DNA of 64,000 nt from Candidatus Heimdallarchaeota archaeon (lineage in GTDB: Archaea; Asgardarchaeota; Heimdallarchaeia; Hodarchaeales; Hodarchaeaceae), in contig CP070695.1 in the NCBI GenBank assembly GCA_020353515.1, positions 2,422,966 through 2,486,965 on the forward strand, in the 5' to 3' direction. Below are positions 1 to 11,100 of the stretch, in pieces; positions within the stretch are counted from its first letter, which is position 1; each line of letters begins with the position of its first letter. Below the pieces are notes generated by a model, which worked only from the letters and a program-made list of their open reading frames with translations, searched no databases and was not told where the DNA came from. The position numbers were made by a program, and so were the translations under genes.

Positions 1-552
1 TGTCGCATATCGATTAAAGCACTCTGAAAGGGATTTAGCGTCTTCTAGTGTTAAGTATGAAATATTGTCCTTTTGGGTTACAGAGAGTGATTTCGGTTCA
101 AAACTGTATTGATTCATCTTATTTCCTATTCCATACCCCATCTTTGCATAAAAATCTGGCCGAAACGGGTATAGACACGTTAAGCAATATCCACGATCAT
201 AATAATGATTATGAGCAAATTCCATTAATTCTTTAGAAATATGCTCTTTTTTGTGCAAAAGATCAACACAGACCTCTCCTATCCCCCCACAGTCCACAAT
301 TTGGTCTGTATATAGATTTATCTTAAAATCATAAAGAATTATTCCGCCCACTAATGTGCTATCCTGAAAACAACCATAAAAATTCACAGCTGCATTTTCG
401 TTATTAGTTTTAATCCACTCTTCTATTTTCTGTCTCTTCATTTCTCCTGTAAATTTATCTGGTACCGCACCAGGATAAGCCCCAGCCCAGATTTCTAGGA
501 AAGAGTTAAAATCCTTGTCCACTAATTTTCTAATAACTCTCTTTTTCTTCAT
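1..552 (-). CDS. Eis-like GNAT acetyltransferase, 5' part (runs off left edge)
   Basis: Not in ORF track. Manual translation from ATG at 552 is open to position 1: MKKKRVIRKL...CGGIGEVCVDLLHKKEHISKELM...TCLYPFRPDFYAKMGYG, matching Eis-type GNAT motifs (GIxxVxV; LYPF..FY.K.GY). Confidence 0.8.
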   Translation of the reverse strand, partial: MKKKRVIRKLVDKDFNSFLEIWAGAYPGAVPDKFTGEMKRQKIEEWIKTNNENAAVNFYGCFQDSTLVGGIILYDFKINLYTDQIVDCGGIGEVCVDLLHKKEHISKELMEFAHNHYYDRGYCLTCLYPFRPDFYAKMGYGIGNKMNQYSFEPKSLSVTQKDNISYLTLEDAKSLSECFNRYAT

Positions 553-580
553 ATCTTTTTCAATCCTGTTTTTTTGAATC

Positions 581-1165
581 TTATGAGAATATTACTCCAT
601 TTTCCGTTATCATTGTAATAGGATCGCTCAATGCTGCTGGCAGAGTTAAAGCAAGTGTTTTTTCTGTTTGTTCCTTCTGAAAATGATGAACATGCCCTGC
701 TACTAGAATTGCAGGTTGAAATTGATCAACGAGCTTTCTTACTTTTTTGTTACCACAGTGTGGAACCATTTTTGTATGAAAAGGATCACTACATTGATCT
801 GCTAAACCAAAGGCTGGTTCATGGGAAACTAAAACATCAAGATCCTTTGGAATAGACGCTGGTTCATGTAAATAATCAATACCAAAGAAAAGTAATCCTG
901 TTAATTCTTTAAGTCGGTCAAGATGTTCATTTAGCCAGAAAAAGTTGTGAATTCTCTCGAGCTTATAATGTAGTTTTTCTTTCCCCCAGGTTTCTTTGTT
1001 TCCCTTTATACTAAAAAATGGCAATGGGAATTCAAAATCGTCCTGTTTAGGATATTGATGATAATTAAAGACATCTCCACAACAAATACAAAGATCAACC
1101 GTCTCAGCGACTTGAAATAACCGGGTGAAATTGCCCTCAAAATCAGCACTAAGAAGGATTTTCAT
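581..1165 (-). CDS. Calcineurin-like metallophosphoesterase
   Basis: Motifs ADFEGN, CGD, GNKE, SHEP, GHVH; likely start is ATG at 1165 (MKILLSAD), not 1240. Confidence 0.8.
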   Translation of the reverse strand: MKILLSADFEGNFTRLFQVAETVDLCICCGDVFNYHQYPKQDDFEFPLPFFSIKGNKETWGKEKLHYKLERIHNFFWLNEHLDRLKELTGLLFFGIDYLHEPASIPKDLDVLVSHEPAFGLADQCSDPFHTKMVPHCGNKKVRKLVDQFQPAILVAGHVHHFQKEQTEKTLALTLPAALSDPITMITENGVIFS

Positions 1166-1175
1166 TACAAGTTCC

Positions 1176-1778
1176 CTATGAAAATTGGTCTTCAATACAA
1201 TCATAACAAAGAGTAATTTTCGCATCATCTTTCTTCTCAATGATCTTAGCGCATTCTGTACAAAACAGTTTCAAGCATTCTGAACATTTCATTATTCCAG
1301 GTTCGTTTTTACAGCGTTGACAGTAATACTCTGAGGAGTCCTTTCCTAATTTTGATACGAGCTTTTCTAAGATTTTTTTTATAGTTTGAGGATCCTTAAT
1401 TGCACTAGATTCAACCCAAAATTGTTCAGTGAAGTTAGAAAAATCATCTTCTAACAATTTAGAAGGAAAGAAGTCTTGCAGTGAAGAAGTCTCAAGAAGA
1501 TCAAGATCAATCCTCAAAGTCGCTTTTGGAAAGATAAAAACATATTTCCGACCTTTAATCTTTATTTCTAACAACCCAATTAATCCTGCTTCTTCTAATG
1601 CAGTTAAATGGAAATCAAGTCCTGCTCTTTGAAGACCAAAGTGAGTGATTAATTCAGTTTTGATTAAAAATTCTTCTTTTGTGATATAATCAAAAATTTC
1701 TAATCGTTTCTTGTTAGAAATTGCTTTCAGTATTGTTTCGAGAGAAATATCAGATTGCATACTGGTACACATTGACAT
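1176..1778 (-). CDS. ArsR-type winged-HTH protein with C-terminal Cys-rich (B-box-like) zinc finger
   Basis: N-term LKAISNKKRLEI...LDFHLTALEEAGLI; C-term CQRC-x7-CSEC-x3-CTEC...CYDC. Confidence 0.7.
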   Translation of the reverse strand: MSMCTSMQSDISLETILKAISNKKRLEIFDYITKEEFLIKTELITHFGLQRAGLDFHLTALEEAGLIGLLEIKIKGRKYVFIFPKATLRIDLDLLETSSLQDFFPSKLLEDDFSNFTEQFWVESSAIKDPQTIKKILEKLVSKLGKDSSEYYCQRCKNEPGIMKCSECLKLFCTECAKIIEKKDDAKITLCYDCIEDQFS

Positions 1779-2014
1779 AAAGCTTGAGATTCTAATAATT
1801 CAACGATAGCTATATTAGATATTTTTTTTATTAATTATTGGTTTATCTCAGTAAAAAAGGTAAATTGACAAACCATAGTAAAAGCTGTTCACATACGTAA
1901 ACTTTTTTTTACTGTTTCATTAAAAACCTAAAAATTACTTTACCTGTTTCACTCTCTATACAATAATTCTTTTTACAGTCAAAACTTAAATGTTCTTATT
2001 TTAGAACTTAAACA

Positions 2015-2716
2015 GTGAGAAAAATGAGTGAACCAATTGTTGAAATCGATTCTCTTTCTAAGGATTATCAAACTGGTGAAATTACCGTCCGTGCTTTAAC
2101 TGGTGTGGATTTACAAATCGAAAAGGGGAATTTTGTAGTGATTCTTGGGCCCAGTGGATCTGGAAAAACCACGCTACTCAATTTAATTGGTGGTATTGAT
2201 GCACACACAAGTGGATCGATTAGAGTTAATACTAGAGAATTAACTAAATTAACTGAAAAGCAACTCACTGAATTTCGTAAAGAAGATGTTGGCTTTATTT
2301 TTCAATTCTACAATTTAATTCCGACGCTTACAGCTGTTGAAAATGTGGAGTTAGCTGCGCGACTAAGGTTTCCACGTCGTATAGCATATGAACGATCTAT
2401 GAAGATGTTGAAGACTGTAGAGATGGATGATAAAGCCCTAAAATTTCCATCACAACTTTCAGGGGGAGAACAACAGCGTGTGGCGATTGCACGCGCCCTT
2501 GTAAAGGAGCCAAAAATCGTTCTAGCTGATGAACCAACAGGGAATCTTGACACAGAAACAGGGGAGCGAATATTAAAAGAAATGCTAAGAATTTGTAAAG
2601 AAGAAGGAACTACCTTCCTAATTGTTACTCATAATGTCACAATTTCAAAACTCGCAGATTATATAATATATTTGAAAGATGGACAAATTTTTGGTACATC
2701 AAAAGGTCAATCATAA
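2015..2716 (+). CDS. ABC transporter ATP-binding protein (LolD/MacB family)
   Basis: Walker A GPSGSGKT, LSGGEQQRVAIARAL, ADEPTGNLD, VTH; alternative start ATG at 2024. Confidence 0.95.
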   Translation: MRKMSEPIVEIDSLSKDYQTGEITVRALTGVDLQIEKGNFVVILGPSGSGKTTLLNLIGGIDAHTSGSIRVNTRELTKLTEKQLTEFRKEDVGFIFQFYNLIPTLTAVENVELAARLRFPRRIAYERSMKMLKTVEMDDKALKFPSQLSGGEQQRVAIARALVKEPKIVLADEPTGNLDTETGERILKEMLRICKEEGTTFLIVTHNVTISKLADYIIYLKDGQIFGTSKGQS

Positions 2717-2733
2717 AATGAGGAGGGTCAATC

Positions 2734-5160
2734 GTGTTACTACTACGAAAAGTGATCAGAGATCTTAGGAAGAATAAAGCTCGTTCCTTACCTATCATCA
2801 TTCTGATTTCAGTTAGTCAGGCTGCTAGTATCCTCTACATCGAAGTTGGTGTACTTATGGATGCTAGCTGGCAACAATACTTTCAAGAAGGAAATGTCGG
2901 AGATGTTTGGATAGATACAATTCCCATATCTCCAACTGTTTTCAATCAATCAGTTCTAAATAAATGGCAACAGATATACTCAATTAAGACAATCCAACCA
3001 AGATTATACTTTAAAGGGCATCTAATGGTACTTAATAAGAAGGTACCAGTTGAAATTGTCTCATTACCAGCAAATAATTCAAACTCAGTTAATAGTATAA
3101 TAACAAAAGATAGAAGTTACTTTACGGATTATTCTGAATTTAATGGTGTCTATATTGAACAATCATATCTAGAGTTTCATAATCTTGAAAATATTAAAGA
3201 AATACCACTCACGATTGATTTTGGCACACACTCAAAAGATCTGAATCTCACATTACTGGGAGGAGCTTTTAGTCCTGAATACCCAATGAAAGCAGGTGAG
3301 GGAGGATCTCAACAACAATTTGAGTTTTCAGCAACGTTTGCACAATATTTGACAATGAGTATCTTCCTAAGAACTGATTATCTACAAAAGGAATTATTTC
3401 AAGGCCAAGAGATTTATAACCAAATTTGTATTTCTCTAACTGATAAAAGTGAAATAAATTCTTTTATTCAATATTTACAGACAGATGAATCACTTCTGAA
3501 TATGTACACTATAGACATAAAGAAATATCCGGCTTTAATTGAGGATATGGCTTTTATCATGATTTGGGTTGGATTTGGAGTAGCATTTTTCTTTCTTCTT
3601 ATATCAATATTTCTAACCTATACTGTAGTTAATCGGTTTATTGACGAACAAAAACCACAGATCGGAGTTATGAAATCATTAGGATATTCGAATGGCTATC
3701 TCTTAAGAAGAAATTTATTTTATGGGGTTGTTTTAGGATTTATAGGTTCCTTTTTTGGGAATCTTGTTGGAGGATGTATTGGGATAGTCATAGCAGATCT
3801 TGCGCTAGGGTCATGGCTTTCGCTTCCATATATTGTAATTACCTTACCCACCAAAGAATTCCTCATATTGCTTTGCATTACCATTATGATTTCCATATTT
3901 GCTTGTTATGTCTCTGCTCGTAGAATTCTTAGAATTTCCCCTCGGGCTGCTATTCAACCAGTCATTCTTGAAAGAAATATTACTACATTTATTTTAGAAG
4001 ATATTTTTCAAAAAATATTTCAATTTCGATTATCTGTACCCGCTAAATATTCCATTCGTAATGTTTTCATTAATCCTAAACGTACATTAGCAACAATTAT
4101 CTCACTACTCATGGCTGTTGCTCTTGTTGGTGGAGTATTAACAATTGTTGCTAGCGTTTTTGAGGGAGGGTCTTTAATGTTTGAATCTGAAAATTGGGAT
4201 GCTCAGATCACTCTTACAAATGCTCAACAATATTCAGAGGTTAAATTCGATATTCTAAATCAAATTCCAAATCACGAATCTATCATTCTGGAACCTATGC
4301 TAATTGATTTCGCTAAAATAAGAGAATCAACAGATAATAATGATATATGGACCAAAATCACCTTTACAGCTCTACCTCTGAATCATAGTTTAATAATCCT
4401 TGACTCCCTCTCAACGGGATTCTCTAGCGAAACATCAGTAATGATTTCCTCAGACCTTGCTAAACAACTAGAGGTTGATATTGGGGATCAGTACACACTA
4501 CTTGGACGAAATGGAACACAACAGACCGTTGATATCCAAATAATACTACCACAACACCATGTTTCTAGTTTCTATATCCCAATTTCTCTAGGAAATTACC
4601 TGTCGTTTGGAAATAGTACAAATCAGATGGTAAATGGCATTCTTCTCGCAGGACTGGCATCTGAAGATGAGATTACTCCATTGAGTAGAAATTATTCCGT
4701 CATATTGAAGTCTGATCTGATAAAGCAAACAGAGTCTTGGTATATGATGATGAGCTCAATCCTATTTGGAGTACTCTTCCTAGTCCTTATAATCGCTGGT
4801 ATGATCATTTACTCGATTATGTCTATTAGCATTGCAGAACGAAAGGATGATCTCACCATTATGCGATCACTAGGTATCCATAATAAGAATATTTACCTCT
4901 GGGGAATGTTGGAAGTGCTGATTTATTCGCTATTGGCAAGTGTAGGATATTTTATTGGATTCTACATATCTGCCTGGTACATGGACATCCTACAGCAACT
5001 CATGCAACAACCACAAGGCGTTTTCAAATTGTCATTCACTCATTACCTATTAGCATTGAGCTTTGGATTTGCAGCAGCAACACTGGGACAATTCTTGGCT
5101 CTTCGTTATGTGTTAAAACAGAGAATTGCTCTAGTTACAAAAGAAAAGATGTTTGGTTAA
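2734..5160 (+). CDS. FtsX/MacB-like ABC permease (two permease domains)
   Basis: EQKPQIGVMKSLGYS and ERKDDLTIMRSLG motifs, two TM bundles, directly downstream of the LolD-type ATPase. Confidence 0.9.
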   Translation: MLLLRKVIRDLRKNKARSLPIIILISVSQAASILYIEVGVLMDASWQQYFQEGNVGDVWIDTIPISPTVFNQSVLNKWQQIYSIKTIQPRLYFKGHLMVLNKKVPVEIVSLPANNSNSVNSIITKDRSYFTDYSEFNGVYIEQSYLEFHNLENIKEIPLTIDFGTHSKDLNLTLLGGAFSPEYPMKAGEGGSQQQFEFSATFAQYLTMSIFLRTDYLQKELFQGQEIYNQICISLTDKSEINSFIQYLQTDESLLNMYTIDIKKYPALIEDMAFIMIWVGFGVAFFFLLISIFLTYTVVNRFIDEQKPQIGVMKSLGYSNGYLLRRNLFYGVVLGFIGSFFGNLVGGCIGIVIADLALGSWLSLPYIVITLPTKEFLILLCITIMISIFACYVSARRILRISPRAAIQPVILERNITTFILEDIFQKIFQFRLSVPAKYSIRNVFINPKRTLATIISLLMAVALVGGVLTIVASVFEGGSLMFESENWDAQITLTNAQQYSEVKFDILNQIPNHESIILEPMLIDFAKIRESTDNNDIWTKITFTALPLNHSLIILDSLSTGFSSETSVMISSDLAKQLEVDIGDQYTLLGRNGTQQTVDIQIILPQHHVSSFYIPISLGNYLSFGNSTNQMVNGILLAGLASEDEITPLSRNYSVILKSDLIKQTESWYMMMSSILFGVLFLVLIIAGMIIYSIMSISIAERKDDLTIMRSLGIHNKNIYLWGMLEVLIYSLLASVGYFIGFYISAWYMDILQQLMQQPQGVFKLSFTHYLLALSFGFAAATLGQFLALRYVLKQRIALVTKEKMFG

Positions 5161-5175
5161 AGACAAATTCCATAT

Positions 5176-8100
5176 TTATTGAATAATCGGTATTTCCTCT
5201 CGAGGGATGCTCTCTTTAGATACTAAGATATTTACTTCAGGACTACTTCCTACCCAAAGGGCTTTGTATACTACTTTTGTCTTAACCTTAAGAATCTTGA
5301 AGATGTCTAATGCTTCATTAAGAATTAAGGGTGGTAGATCTCTTAATTTGTTTTGAGCAAGAGACTTATCAAAAAGGTTTATTTGGGCTTGAGGATCTTC
5401 GATATTAACATCTAGATTAGATTTAATAATTACCAAGCGTTTAAGTGCATTTAATGATGATCTAGAAATATTCTTACTTATTGGATCCCCCCGCTTTATT
5501 CTCTGTTCAATTTCCTTTAAACGCTGACAATCTATCAGGAAGGGGGAAAGAAGAGTTAATGGGAAATGCTGTTTAAACACTTTTTGTGCAATAGGGCCTA
5601 CAAAGCTTTCTTCCACAACCCCCAATTCAGGTAGAGATATCTTTTCTTCAAGACCTCTTGCAATAGCGATAAATGTGGACTTAATGTATTCTGGGGGTTT
5701 CTCTTTCAAAAAGAGGAAAATTCTAAATGAAGGGGAAGAAATAATCTGGATTTGAACCTTATTCTTCTCAATAACGCTTGTTTTAATATTATCCTTTGTT
5801 TGATTATCAAATAAATCGGAGTCTGTTTCAATGAAGTAATTGACGATATCTGATTGAAATGATTCTAAAAAGGTATCGATCCCAACGGAAAGACCGCTTA
5901 ATACATCCTGTATCGCATTGCTTGATTGATACATAATATTGCTGACGCTATAGACAGGGAGGCCTACAGCTGTGGTCGCTAGGATCACATAAGTGTTCAA
6001 TATGGAATCTAACTTCTGTTGAAATTCACTGATATCAAATAACTTCTGTTTTTTACGTTTTTGATAGGTAGTTGAAACTAGATAAAACAGAGATACAACT
6101 AATACCGTAACCACAACTGTTAAAATGATAGCTTCTATAAGAAAGTCAAACAAGGAAGGAGGAGGTAGGAGGAAAGTGTAATCCTTACTGATTGAATTCT
6201 TCGAGTGATAAACTGAATCATACACCTCGATGAACCATTTAAAAGTAACTGTTCTGGTAAAAGACAACTCAGTTATATGATAGGTTTGATTAAAAGTCAT
6301 TAGAACTCTATTAATGTGTAAATCTGACCCAAATCCGCCTGTATTTTCTGGAGAAGTGAATTCATAGTTCAGGTACACTTCAGAGACTCCTGAACCCCAA
6401 TCTGAAACATTAACCCAAAAAAGTACTGTTGTTCTGTTAATCTCTTCAATTCCAGCCAAATGGATTATTGGTTCCCACCAATCAAACATCTGACTTGAAT
6501 TAGTGTATATACTTGCCTCATAATAACCCTCAAGGACTCCATAATCAATTATTCGCATATAATAAGAGAAATTATGCATATATTCAATAGGTAACATAAA
6601 TGTATAATGAATCTCGTTAGATATCATCCTCGTTTCAATTAAAATCCATTTGTCAAGGGTATTATCTATCACTGATAGTGTTACATTATGCGAGTTGAAT
6701 GGATCATGAATCTTACACCAGAATAAGATTTCTCCGATATTTGATACTGATGCATTTATTCCATAGTTCACCATTCTTGCGGGTTGAAAGTCGGATGTCT
6801 TCTGATTAATCTCTCCTATGCTTAGGTTATTGAATGCCTTATCATATAACAAAATGTTGTAATTAAAGGATTGATTACAATCCATGGTAATTGAATGTAT
6901 ATAATGTGTTCCATTATAATGCATTTTTGCAGTTTTTGTACCTAGATTTTTTCCATTAGGGCAATTTATTGTTAGATTGACTCCATCAATAGAACCAAAA
7001 GGGTCAGAAGCTTCAGCCCAAAAAATAAGATGACTCTGATATTGATTCAGAGTTGTGTTTCTATAACCAAAATTATTACAAATTGGATCTGTTTTATCAT
7101 ATATCACTACTTCTTGTGGTGTCGTATAATCATAATTTTCACTCTTATCAAAGGCAGTAATATAATAATAGAATGCAATTCCAGGTTCAAAACCATGGAT
7201 TGAGTAAGTATAAAAATTCCCAGAATGATTCCACTGCATAGTTTCAGTTTGATGGTGTATATGAGTATAATCCAAGAGTACAGATGAATTATCATCAAAT
7301 AATCCACTACCATCGTCTATTACTTCAGCCCAGATTGTAACAGTCCCATTCTGAAACACAATTGCATCTGTTCCTTTAATTTTAGGAGGAGCATGATCAG
7401 AAGTTGTTATAATTTTAATAATGTCTCCCAGATTCCCTGCGTTGTCATTTACCCAGACTTTAATTTCCACTTCTTCTCCAAATGGAAATTCATAAGATGT
7501 TTTATAACGATAAAAAGTATCGTATTCCATTTCTATTGTTATATTGTTCCCTGAATACGCAAAATTAATGTAGAATGAATTGTTTACATAATGAGTATCC
7601 CCAAATGGATCGATTGCGTACGCAAAGACGGTGATCTCGCCATCTTTCTCTGTAGAGCTTTCAATTGAATATATAATCTCTGGAAGAACTGTATCAGACA
7701 ACGTAAAGTTCGAGGCTTGATTAATTCCAGGATTAAACCAATTCTGTGTTGTATCAACTGTGGATACATAATACCAAAGATTCTGTAAATTGTATTCAAG
7801 TGAATAAACACGAACAAAATATGTAATATCAGATACTTGATACATTGAGAGATTAGTCCATGAACCAAAATAATTCTGTGTATACAATAAATATGCAGAG
7901 GTATCATTAAAAGGCCAATCAGTAATTTCAGCAAAGAAGTCTACTGTACCATTTCCCCAGTCTGTTTTCCAATAAGAAGCGATTGGTACTGAATTATCAT
8001 GTATAATGAACGGTCCCCGTGTTTCAGATGAATTCGGGTTGTTAGCATAATCTGATACAGTAATCCAATAATAAATAATATCATTGTATTCAAACTCAAA

Positions 8101-11100
8101 ATTATAATAATAATGGTCTTCTGATTCAATCATAACGAAGGAATGGGTTTCACCATTTATATTAACATGTAATTGCACACTACTCTCATTTATGCCGCTT
8201 TGATAATGATTTTGATCTTCAACAGATACGTAAATCTCTACATGACCATGATAATGAGTAATAAAATTGTCTATGATATCACCTTCATTAATTGGGGGTG
8301 ATTCATGGTCTTCAGGTATAATTGTGTGAAAAGAAGGAGTTAAGGATAATTTTGACCCATTTTCATTACCCAGGCTATCGACAGCAGAATAAATTGAAAA
8401 ATTCAACAGCTCACCATAATATGCTTCGATATAGCACACCCAAAACCCAGAAGCGTTTTGATGCATATCTACAAAAGAATCATTTATCTGCAAGACAACA
8501 GGATCCATAACTAAACTCATATTATCAGTAATATTTGCATAAAATTGAAGAGTTCCATTACCATAATCAATAACATCATATTCGACAATATTGGGAGGAA
8601 AACCATCACCTAAGTATAAAGAATACAGTTGTGTTACCACAGTATTGTTAGCTATATCAATTGCTATAATATTGTAGAAAATCTGGACATTTCTATGAGT
8701 CAATGTATCAAGTGCGGTTGCATTATAATATTGGTCACCATTAAATGCCTCCATTGTAAAATTTTCATGAATAAGCACTACCTCATTTGTTATATTGACA
8801 ACAGTTAAATTCAGAAGCACTTCGAATTTACTCCAATCCGAGACATCTGTAAAGAAAGTTGAGGCATTGTCAAGGAGAATAGATTCATTCATAAAATAGA
8901 CATTCTGGATTGTTGGAGGATCATTATCGATAAATTCGGAGATTCTTATATTGAGTTCAAATTTAGGATTAATTTGATAAGTCGAATTAGCTGAAAATTC
9001 AAGGAAAGAAAGTGTACTGTTAACCGAGTCTTCAAACTCAACTGTTATATTATAGTAATCATAAGGTAGATTTGTAAAAGTAGTGTATCCTGTAATTGTC
9101 GTATTTTGGGTCCAATTAATAGCTGTATTGTAAGCATTTGTAATGTTCACCCTAGCATTGGGAACAATTCTATTGTCTAAGTCTAAAACTTTAACACGCA
9201 CCGTTGCATTCTCAGGCCCTCTTTGAAGGTCCGCGATGGTAATTCCATATACATCATTATTTTCATTATCAAAATAAATTGTATAGAGTCTTTCCGATGA
9301 AATGAAATTAGTTCGTAAGGCAATCCATGCAGCTTGTACAGTGCTCACTTTTTTTTCTGATCCCCATGTGTTCCCCCCATCAGTCGAGTTTTTTATATAA
9401 ACTGTTTTATCGCTGATATAAATTGCAAATAAAGTATTATTTGAAATATCATAAGCAGGTTTTACTTCATCTCCACCTATTCCGCAATTCGTGACCACAT
9501 CAGTCTTTTGATTCCAAGAACGGTTATGATCAAAAAATATCCAAGTTTCTAAATCCCCTGTTGCATTTAGAACGTCATTATTAAGTGTAAGATAAATTGT
9601 ATGAGTATTTGGATTAATTGTTGCTCCCCAATTAGCATTATTATTATAATTATCCTCTGGAGCCTCTATTTCAGAAATGATTGTTGTTACAAAGGTTGGA
9701 GAGGCGTCCCAGGCATTCAAGTCACTGTGATACACAAAAGAATAAAGGGAGTTGGCCGTAGAGTCCTCATAAATACAAAGGACATCCCCATCACTTAAAG
9801 GAAGGAGCTGTCCATGATCATCATCATCATTAAGAAAAGAGTAGGAGGGTGTAATGTCATACCAACTTGTATTATGTTTTGCAAATTGAGGACCATTATA
9901 CATCCAAGAAGCGCCAAAAATATCTCCTTCAGTTGTAACTGTTACAGCACCTCCCCCATCAGGCGCATTGTGGGACCCACCTGAAGACATAATTACTGAC
10001 CACCCACCACCTGAAGTGTCATCTTTTGTATCAAGGTAATTATATACCATTTGATCGTTCAAGATTGAATTTACAATAATATGAATCTTAGTACCAGTAT
10101 TATTAGGTGTCCACTGATCAAACCAACAACTGAAACTGCGAAACCGATATTCAGGGGGACCACAATCAATATTCACTGGACCTTCCCAAGTAGTTCCATT
10201 ATCAATTGTTTTATAATAAACAATTTCAGCCATACCCCCATTTGTCTTTTGGAAAAAGAGATATCCGTGAGAATCGTTAATAAAAACAATACTGGGTCCT
10301 GGATTATATTCATCTGTAGCATCATATACCGCATTATCAATAATGATCTCTAATCCATCGGAGGGAACATCGTGATCTCGTTGCTCTTCAATACCAACAA
10401 CATAGAAGTTTGTAGGATCATGTTGGTTATTATACTCTGTTGTGATCCAATCCGTAGACATCACCCCATTAAAAAGGCGTAACTCATCAATTACACCAGA
10501 AAATTTCTCATCTGCAGCTTGATCAAGAGTAACACGACCAATTCGATAATCTCCAGTCGTTCCAAAGGTAGGAATACCAGTGATAGATCCAATACCCCCC
10601 TCACTGACACTATCCTTATATATAAGTCCTACACCATTCGTCCTATCGTTCGTTGCGACTATATGAATCCACGTTGTTCCAGGCCATGATCTAGTAGCAC
10701 TATCTACATATTCAAAACCCCCTCCTCCTTCCACTTTTGAATAAAGACCTCCGTCAGTGTTATGTGAATTATCAGTACCAGCGAATGTTAACGCCATATC
10801 ATAATTTCCAGTGTAAAAATGACCAAAGATAGGCATAGATTCACTAGAAGTATCGTCGAAAGTAGTATCTAATCGCACCCATGTTGAGATACTATAATTT
10901 CTTGATCCGATACCAGGATTCCATACACCTAGATTAATATAATCATCAATTCCATCGAATCTTCGGGCCCGACCAATTTTCCCCACCTCATCAATAGACC
11001 CTTGGTTTGTTCCATCTGGACTATTTAAGGAAGAACCCGTTAAATCTGTACCCAAATGCCATACTCCAACGTAATTATCACTCCAAACACCCGTGGTATT

